A model generated the notes under the pieces. That model worked only from the letters and a program-made list of their open reading frames with translations, had not been told where the DNA came from and did no database searches. A stretch of DNA of 63,107 bases, the filler included, from Rhabdomonas costata (taxonomy: Eukaryota), in NCBI GenBank assembly GCA_019059605.1. It is 56 parts of 56 records of this genome, joined end to end, with 100 filler letters (N's around TTAATTAATTAA, not from the genome) between each part and the next. Parts side by side here need not be neighbours in the genome. Positions count along the whole stretch, not along the records: positions 23,707 to 24,735 come from JAHMHO010032599.1; positions 24,836 to 25,864 come from JAHMHO010032600.1; positions 25,965 to 26,993 come from JAHMHO010032601.1; positions 27,094 to 28,122 come from JAHMHO010032602.1; positions 28,223 to 29,250 come from JAHMHO010032603.1; positions 29,351 to 30,379 come from JAHMHO010032604.1; positions 30,480 to 31,508 come from JAHMHO010032605.1; positions 31,609 to 32,637 come from JAHMHO010032606.1; 48 more parts are not named here. One strand, given 5' to 3'. This document shows, in pieces, positions 24,322 to 36,124 of the stretch. The position numbers and the translations under genes were made by a program. The stretch's first letter is position 1. Every line of letters starts with the position of its first letter.

Positions 24322-24425
24322 CTGAGAGCAGAGTGTTGCCCTCTTGGTCCCTGCGGTGAGCCCAGCCGTTCGCCTCCGCCAGAAGCCGAAGCTCCTCTTG
24401 AACCAATCCCGTGTGGCACGACGGC
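24322..24425 (-). CDS. Putative exon of an M20-family peptidase (PepD-like N-terminus)
   Basis: cag|...|gtgaag exon: (R)PSCHTGLVQEELRLLAEANGWAHRRDQEGNTLLS resembles the M20 pattern PRPSxxExxxxxxLxxxAxxxG.....DxxGNxxx. Flanking exons not resolved. Confidence 0.4.
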
Positions 24426-25412
24426 CTGTGACAGGGCCCAAACAAAGAGTGAGGGGGAGACACATGAAGTCCACAGGGGGGAGGCATGCATAGAAGCAAG
24501 TCCAGTCCACCGGGCAGAACCGTGAGGCAGCTGTGTTGGCAGTGGACGTGAGCGGAATGTAGTGAGGTTGGGCAGGAAAGGGGGTGACCTCATTTTGTAC
24601 AGTTCTTGTGGGTGGACCAGGGACAGAAATAACTGAAAATACTGATACTGTTGAGTGCAGGTTTATCTAAAGAAGTCCGGTTTGTTTTTTTGTTTGGTGT
24701 GTGTGTGTGTGCGTGTGCGGAAAAAACAAAACACCNNNNNNNNNNNNNNNNNNNNNNNNNNNNNNNNNNNNNNNNNNNNTTAATTAATTAANNNNNNNNN
24801 NNNNNNNNNNNNNNNNNNNNNNNNNNNNNNNNNNNTTGTGGTGCTGAACATCACTCACGCAACTCACATGCCGCAGTGCCGTCATTATTCTTCAAAAAGG
24901 AGAACATTATTTCGTCCTTGACTTTTTCGTGCCGGTTCCTATGTGGTTGTGCTGTTGCAGCAACTTTTTCTCAACGGAGTCGAATATGACTGCTTGCGCC
25001 ACCTAGGTACAAATGAAGGGGCGCACGGCCCAGGAATCGCGTGGTTGGAAGAGCTTGAAGGAGACGCCGCTTGATTCCCCTGTCGATGTCTGCATTCGCA
25101 CAGGTTTCCCCTTCCCTCAGTGATTAAAACGTTCTTCAGAAACGAACAGCTTTCATCAATTTCTCCTTCTGGTTCGTTCTTTGTCAACCAAACGTTGGCT
25201 AGGACAATTTCGAACCGGTGGGGTCAGCCTTTCGAACTTTCAGAGATGTCCAATGGCTGACTTGGGATTCGAATACCTTTGGCAAAGTCTGACTATGGGG
25301 GGAATTGGTTAGGTTAGTGTGAAACGATTTTCAACCTTTTTGAAATGTTCCTCCCGTTTCACAGCAATGATTGAAGGTTTGGGCAGCAAACACACGCACC
25401 CCTCCCCCCAGA

Positions 25413-25600
25413 AAAAACTCCCGCTTGCGCAGTGACCCCGGGCACCGGTCCGAACCCACCTCTCCAAGGTTAAGGGATTGGACAACGTGGCAGGGGGAGC
25501 GGTGTCCAGCGGGAGAAACCCAAAACCAAAAACCAAAAAAAAAAGAGAAAAAGAAAAGAAAAGAAAAGAACCTCTCGGGGAGGCCACCATCACCGCGAGC
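25413..25600. repeat. Copy 1 of an unnamed dispersed repeat (shared with 30164-30376)
   Basis: Collinear shared blocks: AAAAACTCCCGCT, GTGACCCCGGGCA, GGGGAGCsGTGTCC, an A-rich tract, AAAGAACCT, GCCACCATCACCGCGAGC. Confidence 0.8.
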
Positions 25601-26756
25601 GAGCAAGGTGGCGTCAAGGCGGCGCAGCCGCGGCAACACGGCCCGCCCCAAGAAAGACGAAAAAAACCCCGCAACTGCACTGCACACCTGATAATCAGCC
25701 TCGCCGCCTCTCGGGGCTCAGGGATGTGGCAGCAGCGAGGAAGGTGGGAGGGGTATTTACCCCAGGGGCCCTCCACAAGGTCAGCGAAGACCTGACCAGA
25801 AAGAAGAGGCAACCAATCCCAACCCCAAGCTCTTCGCGAGTGAAGGAGGATAGGCCAAAAAACCNNNNNNNNNNNNNNNNNNNNNNNNNNNNNNNNNNNN
25901 NNNNNNNNTTAATTAATTAANNNNNNNNNNNNNNNNNNNNNNNNNNNNNNNNNNNNNNNNNNNNGGTTTGTTGGAAGACCATTGCGGAGCAGCTGAGGTC
26001 CCGCTCCGGAATCGAGGTGACCCCCGCTCCCAAATGATGAGCACCATCCTCTGCCTGCGCCTTCATAGGACTCCGTGTTTTTCTTTCCGGTTCAAGACGT
26101 TTCCAAAAACGGACACCATTCGAAATTACACAAACTTGGACTGTGGAATGCATTGATTCCATGTTTCGACCTCATTGTCCTCATTTCAATTGGCGCTGCC
26201 TCGGTTTTCGTGAGGCTGCGTTTGGTTGAATGTCTCTGGTCAGCGAAGGTGTATTTTGGATCCTCCCCTTCCGAGACGCTGGTGGAAGCACCTAATCGCG
26301 GAGCGGTACAAGACATCCTGGAATAAAGCATCGGCAAACGTGCATCGCCTCTTAACCCTCGTTCCTGCGAAATTAAACTCGCAGGAGAGCCCTTCATAGC
26401 TTTGATATCATGGAGGTTCTGTACAACTCCCATTCTGTGCGTAAAAGCAGTGCGTCGCGTACGTTGTGTGTCGTACACACTTGCAAACTCTGAGTTGTAT
26501 GGACTGAAATCGCAGGAAGGCAAAAAGGACATCAACCACGCACGCAATTATTTGTTTTTGAAAGCCAGGTTGTTTCAGTCTTGATTCAATGGGATTTTGG
26601 GGCAAGGAAAGGTACATCCCGAAACTCAGAATTTAGTATATTGCGAGTTTCCAGTTGAAGCCTGGGAACGCTATAAAATGTGCCGCTAATTTGGCATGTA
26701 TCCATACGATATGTTTTAAACGTTTTCACGTGTTCTGAGTTTAAGGTGTAGCGTGC

Positions 26757-26989
26757 TGTAGATTTAGTTTTCTGATCCATTTTTCCCCTTTCCCTGCTCA
26801 TTCGTAGGCTGAGGTTGTTGTGGAAGCCCTGCCAGCGCCTCCTGCGCTGTCCCCCACGGCATCGCAGTCTCCCTCCGCTTACCAACGATCGCTGGTGTGT
26901 GTATGTGTGTAGGTGCATATAAAACTGGATACTTCAGCCTACGAATGAGCAGGGAAAGGGGAAAAATGGATCAGAAAACTAAATCTACA
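26757..26989. repeat. 56-bp perfect inverted repeat ending at a contig end (probable fold-back)
   Basis: Arms at 26757-26812 and 26934-26989. Confidence 0.9.
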
Positions 26990-27146
26990 ACACNNNNNNN
27001 NNNNNNNNNNNNNNNNNNNNNNNNNNNNNNNNNNNNNTTAATTAATTAANNNNNNNNNNNNNNNNNNNNNNNNNNNNNNNNNNNNNNNNNNNNTGTGGGG
27101 TTGCAGTTGCATGTCCTTCGCGTTTACCCTCTTTCTCTTTCTTCAG

Positions 27147-28102
27147 GGCGGCGAGAAAGTGCAGGAAGCCATCCAGGTAATTTCACGTTACTATTTTTTG
27201 AGACGTCCTTTCTTGCTTTGCCTGTGGAATCTGGTAGGGACGAAGGATGTCGCCTGGGACCTCTCAGATTTTTGACGACATCCGGGAGAAGTTTGGCAGC
27301 TGCGTGCTGCTTCTCAACGGTCTGGCCCTGGCCAACATGTCCCTAGGAAACTACGACACCGCCGAGAAGTTCCTCTTGGACGCAATGTCGAAGGTGCCTT
27401 TCTTATGCGAACAGCGGCGAAAACTCAAAATTCAGAAGTATTTCTGTGGCTTGATAATATGCACAGTGGTAGGGTAGTTGAAAGTGCCTAACCGAATCTT
27501 TTTAGCACGAGCGAAATCCTCAGTGACCCCATCTGTGACGAATTCGTTAGCAACTAGTAGACGGCGTTGCGCGCTTGATGCACTTGTGTCGTGTTTCCAG
27601 GGTGATGCGTAATTTGGGAATGAAACGCCACCTGACCCATTATATGATGAGCTTTGTACTCCTTCAAACAGGCAACACCTCTGCGCATAATCTTTCTCAT
27701 TCCATTGCATTTTTGCAATTGGGGAATCCCTCAGCGGTCCAGCGACCCTGAGACCCTGATCAACCTAGTCACCGTCTCCTTGCATCTGAAGAAACCCACC
27801 GACTTGGTCAACCGGTACGTGGGCCAGCTGAAGAATTCCGCGCCCTACCACCCCTGGGTTCGGCAGTACCTCACCATGGTATGTATTTTTTGTGTGTGAA
27901 AAGACGACGCACGTGCCTTCTGTGCTACACCCCATGCACCAGTCTCATGTGCGGTGGGGTAACTAAACACTGCTCGCTGGAACTCTCCTCGCATTTTCTT
28001 CGTCTGGGCTGCTTGTAGCTAAAGAGACGGCTCTGTGCTTGGGTGCCTCCTTCCCTCTCTTCGGAGTTTGATTTGCCAATATCTTTCTATCCCCAGGAGA
28101 GC
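27147..28102 (+). CDS. COPE: Coatomer subunit epsilon, C-terminal part; exons 27147-27176, 27268-27393, 27735-27878, probably 28097-
   Basis: GT-AG splicing gives GGEKVQEAIQIFDDIREKFGSCVLLLNGLALANMSLGNYDTAEKFLLDAMSKRSSDPETLINLVTVSLHLKKPTDLVNRYVGQLKNSAPYHPWV, matching the epsilon-COP motifs GGEKxQEA, LLNG, DPETLINL and HPxV. Confidence 0.93.
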
Positions 28103-28879
28103 AAGATATTGGCAAACCAACCNNNNNNNNNNNNNNNNNNNNNNNNNNNNNNNNNNNNNNNNNNNNTTAATTAATTAANNNNNNNNNNNNNNNNNNNNNN
28201 NNNNNNNNNNNNNNNNNNNNNNGTGGTTTGTTTCAGATGTTGCATGCCTTTCAAAAACACGAAAGGGATGCAACATCTGAAACAAACCGTATTCAAAAGA
28301 TTTAAAAATTGTCCCTGAAAAAAGTGAGAGCTATTCAGCAATCGGACGAAAAATGCCCCAACAAACAGGGTGTCAACCCGCGATTGTTCAGCAGATAAAA
28401 ACACAGGGACCCGATCGAAACGATTCTTCCAAGCTCATTTGATCGTTGAGGTTGAGGGTTCGGTCTGCACCTTTCACCTTCTCTCAGCGGTAGAGGTTGG
28501 GCATCTCAGCATCGCTACTCTGCACTCTCGATATCCACTTGCATCGAGGCGTACTTTTCACCCTGAGTCACCCTTCCGCGCTAACGTTGGAGGTGGGTTA
28601 CTGGTTACCAAGGTGTGGGTCCGATACCATACAAGGGATTGCCGTAGCGTTACCCTTCTACCATGGTCATCACCATCACCATTGGCCTCAAGCAGCAGGA
28701 TGTCACGCATAGCATCATCACCTCAGCCCTTAACCCTGTAGTGGTACAGCAACTCTACGACAGAGTGTGTCCATGGGGTGGGTTCAGCGTACTTATGCTG
28801 ACAACTGGTGCTTGAGACGGTCATACTCTGCCGCATCGATCCTACCACCAACATCAACCGCTACTCTGATGTGTGTGTT

Positions 28880-29250
28880 ACCTCGAAGGATAGCAGCATC
28901 ACCACCATAGCGTAGGGTGAGTGTGTAGATCTAGCGCATAGTTCCAGCTGTGTGGCGATTCCATCTGTGTGGTTGTGCCTACTCCAGTGGGTATGACCGC
29001 TACGACCACTACCACCATCGCCACTAATACTGCACGTGGGCTCATCAACTTGGTTACACCGATGCATACCTACGCATGGTTGTACCATAGGGTTGACTCC
29101 TGCACTCAGCCTCATGCGAGACAGTGATAGGACGCCAGACTCCCTGGGGCTCACAGGCATTGCCACTCATCATGGTTACCCAGCAAGCTCACCCCAGGCA
29201 CCAACATCGAGCTCAGTCACATGGCGTGAGTGTACTAGGTGCAGATATAC
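28880..29250 (-). mobile_element. Very decayed Ty3/Gypsy RNase H-like relic
   Basis: Degenerate motifs in the expected order: HVTELDVGAWGEL (cf. VxTDASxxGxGAVL) and QGVWRPI..SRMRLSAGVNPY (cf. WRPIAFxSRxLxxAExNY). Many frameshifts. Confidence 0.35.
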
Positions 29251-30163
29251 NNNNNNNNNNNNNNNNNNNNNNNNNNNNNNNNNNNNNNNNNNNNTTAATT
29301 AATTAANNNNNNNNNNNNNNNNNNNNNNNNNNNNNNNNNNNNNNNNNNNNGGGGGGTTGGGCCAAAAGCCGAAAATAAAAGTAAAGACTGCGCCCGCCAA
29401 AACCAAAGTCGTCATTCGAAGGAAGCACCGCCAGATAGAGTGCAGCAGCAACGGGAGCGAGTGAGAGAGGAACGTGGGAGAGAGGGCCAAGAGCCGAGAG
29501 CAGAGGAGGGTCGGGGAAAGATGGCGGAGCTGATCAAGCTTGGAGCGTCCATGGAGAAGAGAGACGCAGGGCAGGAGGGGCCGACGGCAGGAAAGGGACC
29601 CCCGACACTCCCAGAGGTGAGACATGCAAGCCGCAACCGAACGCAGGTGGAAGACGAGCACGTGTGCCCCAGGAGTGCGACGCTGGCACGGGATAGCATT
29701 AAGGTTTCAACGGTTTCCCTTTGTGGACCCGAGGGAGGAGCACCTAGAACCAACCCGCTTAGAGACGGACCCAGTGCACAGAGGAACCAGCGGACCATCG
29801 AGCATCGCAAGAAATCAGAGCCCTTATGCTAGGGCCAACGGGAAGCGAAAATACTCGCAAACACACACACGAGCGCGCGCGCATACACACACGCACAGAA
29901 CACACACACACACACGCACACGAAAACACACACTTTTGGGTTTGTAGGTGGGAAGAATCACCATAAGACAAAAAAGTGAAGCACAACCTCTACAGGTCGA
30001 CAACCTGCGGCAGGAGTAAAAGTTCGGTTTCAGTTGCGCAGATGACCAAGATATGAAGGCGAGGAGAAAAGAAGGAGGAGACAAACGCTGGACAGAGCAC
30101 TTGACATGCACGCACGCACACACACCACATAGCCAAAAAAATCCTGAAAAAAAATCCAAAAAT

Positions 30164-30376
30164 AAAAACTCCCGCTCGGTGACCCCGGGCAGGGGAGCCG
30201 TGTCCTACAGGAAACACCCCCCCCCTCGAAACGAAACGAAACGAAACGAAACGAAACGAAACGAAACGAAACGAAACGAAACGAAACGAAACGAAACGAA
30301 ACGAAACGAAACGAAACGAAACGAAACGAAACGAAAGATAGAAAGAACCTAGCGGGACGCCACCATCACCGCGAGC
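30164..30376. repeat. Copy 2 of the unnamed dispersed repeat, with an internal deletion and an expanded (CGAAA)22
   Basis: Same ordered blocks as 25413-25600. Perfect (CGAAA)22 at 30227-30336. Confidence 0.8.
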
Positions 30377-31615
30377 CAGNNNNNNNNNNNNNNNNNNNNN
30401 NNNNNNNNNNNNNNNNNNNNNNNTTAATTAATTAANNNNNNNNNNNNNNNNNNNNNNNNNNNNNNNNNNNNNNNNNNNNTGTTTGTGGTGAGATTAAAAT
30501 AGAGATCCTGATAAAACCGAGGAATGACGTGGGATGTTTTTGTTGGGTTTGATTTGGGTATACTTTGGTTTTGTGGTTTTTCTGGGTTGTGATCGGAACG
30601 CGGTTGGCCCATTTTACAAGTCACGACAACAAAACCCAGAAGATCCAGGCTAAAGAAATGTATGTATCTGCTAATGGTAGAAAGCTGATCCTTCTCACTT
30701 TCAACTTTGCTGTGCCCTTTCATTCTTTCTTGCCTTATTTTGGTGTGGGTTAAGTGTAAGCGGACCGTTGTGTAGAGGCAAGATCTCCAGGACCCCACCT
30801 CCCGGCGGAACCCTCGAAAGCAAAGCCCTTTGAAACGATCAGCCTACAGAAGCGACAGAAAGCGAAGTCCGTCAGGCTAAACCACCTATTTGCCCAAGTG
30901 TCCGTCCCTGCTACAGAGCCCCCGTCCCCAGCTGGAGCAAGCAGGCGCGGAGCCGGAGAGCCCGACGCCACACACAATCCAGAAACAAAAGATGTAGCCG
31001 TACGCGGCCGCAACAGATTGTAGCGCAAAAGGCGGGGAATCCAGACGCCAGAACGGGATCGGGATAAACTTAGCCCCGCACTGGGTGTTTTAACTCTGGT
31101 AAACCGCGCCCACTTGAGCCGGGATATTGGGCAACGCCCATAGCCACGACCACCCGCAAGAGGTAGGTGGCAAGCAAGAGGCTCGGCGATAGACGCCGGG
31201 TGACTTCGGCACAAAGAAAGGCGAGCGGTGTCCTTGTCCGCATGGAGGGACACCAGCAGAAGTTCGGGGCGAAACAGTACACGGATGCGGGTCCTGTGTT
31301 CTTCAGGCCGCCCGGCTGTCCGCCACGCTCTGGGCCGCGGGCCGTACCGAGGTTAACGTCGGGGCGTCGCTGTGGTCAGTAAAGGGGTAGTCCTGGCGGT
31401 GTCATCCGCGGAGCAGTATATATATATAGGCTTTGATTTCCCGAAATTCCTTAGACCTTCTCGTCTGTCTCCGGCCATCTGATTACCTATTTATCTATCC
31501 AAAACCCCNNNNNNNNNNNNNNNNNNNNNNNNNNNNNNNNNNNNNNNNNNNNTTAATTAATTAANNNNNNNNNNNNNNNNNNNNNNNNNNNNNNNNNNNN
31601 NNNNNNNNGGGGTTG

Positions 31616-31735
31616 GGTCTCCGGTGTGATTCGGGGGTTATTTCTTTCAACTTTTCGGCATTTTATAGAGCAGGTGTCATCCTTATTAAAAGCCGAAAAG
31701 TTGAAAGAAATAACCCCCGAATCACACCGGAGACC
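31616..31735. repeat. 44-bp perfect inverted repeat at a contig start (probable fold-back)
   Basis: Arms at 31616-31659 and 31692-31735. Confidence 0.9.
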
Positions 31736-32401
31736 TATCCCGAAAGAACGGCGGGAGGGGCTGGCGGCATTTGCCAGACTGCAAGCGTTCATAGCTATGT
31801 ATAGGCCAGATAACTGGATTTTAGCGAATAGGATTGAGTCCGGGAGATGTTTTGCCACAAAATTGGGCCGAAGGTTGTCGGACAAAATAACGGCGCCGTT
31901 TTCAGCGCATCGTCGTTAATATTTTTCACGGGGTACCCATCGGTCACATTGTTAATTTCCCAGGCGAAACAACATCGACGAAGCCCGTGGAACCTTTCAG
32001 CACCACGCTTCCCCTGCCGTAAATGGGCGGCTGTTCCGCATCCAAACGTGCCGTTTGCGTCGGTTCGAGTTTCGCGACCAAAGCAGCTGCAAAAGACCCG
32101 CTGCCGCTCGACTTTTCTCAAATTCTTTACAAGAATAACGGCCTGGAAGCTGCTATTATCACCAAGGTCTTGCGCCGGTCACAGCCTTTAGTGATATCGG
32201 CCGCATCGGCTCATTAAGCGGCAGACGAAACAAGACGCGAGAAGAGCGTAGAGACCGCGGTGGCTCCACCTCAAAATGTTCTGGCACCTCTTTCAGAAGA
32301 CTCGGAAATTCTCAACTTTTCCAGATTCAGCGTAAGACACTAAGACCACATAGCGCGTCCAACTCTTCGAGAGAAAAAAAAAGCGCGGAGAAAAGAGGAT
32401 A

Positions 32402-32637
32402 TTGCAGGGACAAGTAGCGCCGATACAGCAGATACAGCGGCATACCGCCAAGTTGAGAGCGCATGTACAAAAGCGACCGCCACTCGTCGCCCCTTCCTGG
32501 CGTGACTCCAGCAATAGAGCCTGTTTTTACTACAGTGAGGAAGACCATTACGCTTCCACGTGTCCCAAAAAGCGAGTGAATGAGAGAAGGTACTGGAAGA
32601 GCAAAATGGAGATTAAACCACACCGCTTGGTGTCCTT
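32402..32637 (+). mobile_element. Decayed retrotransposon gag C-terminus (zinc knuckle)
   Basis: RACFYYSEEDHYASTCP (32522-32566) fits CX2CX4HX4C with the second Cys changed to Tyr. It follows an Arg/Gln/Pro-rich stretch and has no introns. Confidence 0.55.
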
Positions 32638-33069
32638 NNNNNNNNNNNNNNNNNNNNNNNNNNNNNNNNNNNNNNNNNNNNTTAATTAATTAANNNNNNN
32701 NNNNNNNNNNNNNNNNNNNNNNNNNNNNNNNNNNNNNGTTTGGGTGGGGGTGGTGAAAGGGACAAAAATCACATGAAGGACTGCCCTCGCCAAACAGGGT
32801 CATCCTGCCATCCTGTTTAATAAAAACGTGGACAGTTCATGCCACATGTCTTTTGTCCCTTTTACCACCCTCCTCCCTCGGCAAGAACTAACGCGAAGGG
32901 CACTTGGGCAGGTAACAAACCGAACAATGCACGTCTGTACAGCGAACCTGATCATCGGCAGTTGCAAAAGCACTTTTTTAGATGAAACTGAAATTTCCTG
33001 ACAAAAAAAGCCACCCAGCTGCTGTTGTAAACCAGACTGCCACGCTGGCCGGTTGGTTTACTTCGTCAT

Positions 33070-33259
33070 TCAAAGAAGTCCGTTGCGTGCTAGCACTGCT
33101 CTGAGCTCAGGGAGCGTGAAGGGGTTGGACATGAAGTCGTTCATCCCGCTGGAGTTGCACAGCCTCCGATTGTCGTCCGAAGCGTCCGCGGTGACAGCAA
33201 TGATGGGAAAGTCGAGGCCATACCCGTCCAGCTGCCGAATCTCCATGGACGTCGTGTAC
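33070..33259 (-). CDS. Terminal exon of a second response-regulator receiver domain (hybrid HK type)
   Basis: aag| exon: (G)YTTSMEIRQLDGYGLDFPIIAVTADASDDNRRLCNSSGMNDFMSNPFTLPELRAVL...stop. PIIAVTA and GMNDF motifs present. Confidence 0.85.
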
Positions 33260-33866
33260 CTTTGGACATTCGCATACCCAAAACTACGCTTCCGCCACTC
33301 GTTAAGAGTATCACAAAGCAACAGCACTTGGCATAAACTGCCCAATCGCGGAAAGACATGGGTGGACTTGTGTCACAAGCACAGGGATAATGAACCACCC
33401 CCAGGGCGAGTACTGCACTGCACAGAAATGCCCCATTTAAAAATGATGTAAGAAATGTTCTTTTTCGCTATGCAGCTGATGAGAAAGATAAGTGCACACA
33501 GAACACCGTTTTTCTTGATCGGTGGGAAAGACGATCAACCGCAAAACACGGCCAGTCATATTTCACGGACGACGAACGACAGACGGACTTTAAAACGCAT
33601 GCTGGCGCGGACCGTTCTCTGCAAATAATTCAAACTTTCTATTAGTGGCTGGCGACGAATACACAATGATATCGCTAAGCAATCCAGAAGCGAGCGGAGA
33701 AACAGGCAAACGAGCAAAATCACTGCAGAACCCGTCTTTCGAAGGCATGTGACAATCCACAAACACNNNNNNNNNNNNNNNNNNNNNNNNNNNNNNNNNN
33801 NNNNNNNNNNTTAATTAATTAANNNNNNNNNNNNNNNNNNNNNNNNNNNNNNNNNNNNNNNNNNNN

Positions 33867-34895
33867 GAGCATGGTTGTAGCAGAAGGCCTGGAGACAGAA
33901 ACGCTGGAGACAGAAACGCAGGAAGGCAGAAAGGCATCGGAGTCACCCTTAGGCATGAAGGCATGAGTCACGCAGTGGGTCATGCCGTAATAGTGGGCAT
34001 CTGCGATAGGAATACCCCTTTATGCCCTTAGCCTTAGGGTGGGGAGCGAATAAACCACGCATTTAGGAGGGAGGAACGCAGTGACGACCGACACCAAAGA
34101 ACTCCCCTGATGCCTTTACGTCTTTACGTCCTTTACGTCCTTTACGTCGCACCACACTACACCATACACCATACGCTACAAGAGGAACAGGAACAGGAAG
34201 GCCATGAGACGGAGGCTGAGAGCATGGTTGACGGATACGAATACGGCATGGTTGGAGAGACTGAGACGGAGACTGACACCCTGAACCCTGAGACCGTGAG
34301 ACCTTGACACCGTGACACCATGAGACTGAGACGAAGCATGAGAGCATGGTTGTTGAGAGCATGGTTACAGAGAGCATGGTTGTGAGACGCGAACACCCTA
34401 CGACAACGACAACGACTACGACACAACAACAGTTAGCATGGTTGAGACTAACACTAACGCATCGCACCAACAGGAACCCTTACACACACCATACACTATA
34501 CACTACGCTACGCTACACTACACTACGCTACACCCTACCCTACCCTACTACTATAAGAAGAATAACACACGCGTAAGGAACCCAAGGCACACACTACGAA
34601 GAGAACCAGAGAGCATGGTTGAGGCATGGTTGACACACGGCATGGTTGACGGACACAGAGAGCATGGTTGCTACAGACCGCTGAACTGACACTACGACAC
34701 CAACACCAACACACCCTAAGAATACACACACGATACCTGAATGCCTTGGATACTAACTTGGGAGCACAAAGCCCCCAAAGGAAGAATAGCAGGAAGGCAT
34801 GAACCATGAAAGCGGACGCAACATCAGAATACGCAATGACACCACAAGGCATAAAACCATGACCCGACCCACAAAGCTCAGCGCACCAACACCCC
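33867..34895. repeat. Low-complexity contig with 11 dispersed GCATGGTT motifs and many short stutters
   Basis: (GAGA)GCATGGTT recurs between 33867 and 34670. Stutters include TTTACGTC x3, (CTACA/CTACG)n and (ACGACA)n. Confidence 0.75.
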
Positions 34896-35334
34896 NNNNN
34901 NNNNNNNNNNNNNNNNNNNNNNNNNNNNNNNNNNNNNNNTTAATTAATTAANNNNNNNNNNNNNNNNNNNNNNNNNNNNNNNNNNNNNNNNNNNNTTGGT
35001 CGTGTTTCATCTCAAACGAGGCAAATAAATGAACTGTTGTTTCCACATTATTTTCATATTTGTGGTTCTCATGTGAAGTGTCTTTGTCTAGGGTGTCAAG
35101 AGGTGATATATTGGAAGCCCTGGACAAACGTAAAAAAAGGGGGGGGGGGTGGTTACTACGCAAAAGAGAGATTCGATTTATGCGTGCATTCGCTCAAAAT
35201 TTCAGTCGTCATTGTTCGGATAGTGCTGAGAGGAAACGCCCTGCTATAAGTATTCATTAGTTCCCTTCTGACACCAATGACCAGCAACGTGAAAACATTG
35301 CACCCAGCCACTTTGATGCCCTCCTCTGGCATAC

Positions 35335-35547
35335 CTCGACATCTGTGGGAACCTCCCCGGGCTGCATCGCCCGGGCCTTGCACCCGACCTCCTCATCGTG
35401 AGTCGCCACTTGCACTGGAAAGAAGATGTCGGTGCGGTCCTCCACCTCCGCAGTAGCGGAGATGATCCCCGTGGCCTCCAGCGCGGCCTTCACCGGGCGG
35501 TGGTGCTCGTCCTTATGCGGAAAGAACAGCCTGAACTCCCACCCCAT
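35335..35547 (-). CDS. First exon of a CYTH-like domain protein
   Basis: ATG at 35547: MGWEFRLFFP...EVEDRTDIFF...EEVGCKAR...DVE|gtatg. The ExR..RxDxF/Y..GxKxR..E pattern fits the triphosphate-tunnel (CYTH) fold. Confidence 0.5.
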
Positions 35548-36124
35548 TCTTATCCACAGCACAGGAGAGAGCAGAGCAGAGCAGCGGTAGCAAAGAACAG
35601 AAGATAAGAAAGCGAGGCTGCGATGAGAAAGAAGAGCGCAGCGAAGTGGTGGAGAAGGTGGAATGAAGCAGCAGCTCAGAACCTGCAGCGCCAGAACCTG
35701 GGGCTCTGGGGACTTGCACAACGTTCAACACAACGGCAGTACACCCACGAGAGATTGAAGAAAAATCTCCAACGGTCAACTGCCAAACTGACGGGGGTCG
35801 CGAAATGAACGCAAAGACGCCAATCCAAGACCAGAGGCATGCTTTTAAGACAAAAAACTTATAGAATACACAACGACGAATTCTTTAGTTTTGGTGTGAG
35901 GTGAGCTGTGAGCTGTGAGCTGTGAGCTGTGCACTCTCTAGCTAATTCTCACCGATGGGGGAACTGCGGTGACTCTGAACAGATTGCTTCCTTTGTTTAT
36001 AAATGCCCCCAAAAAACGACCACCNNNNNNNNNNNNNNNNNNNNNNNNNNNNNNNNNNNNNNNNNNNNTTAATTAATTAANNNNNNNNNNNNNNNNNNNN
36101 NNNNNNNNNNNNNNNNNNNNNNNN

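Noticed and set aside
25968..26075. RasGAP-like 'ILCLR' motif
   Set aside because: The FxxPAI continuation is absent. Another frame (WKTIAEQLRSRSGIEVTPAPK*) is equally plausible.
30053..30352. NETKR peptide repeat
   Set aside because: It is a translation of the perfect (CGAAA)22 microsatellite, with no synonymous variation.
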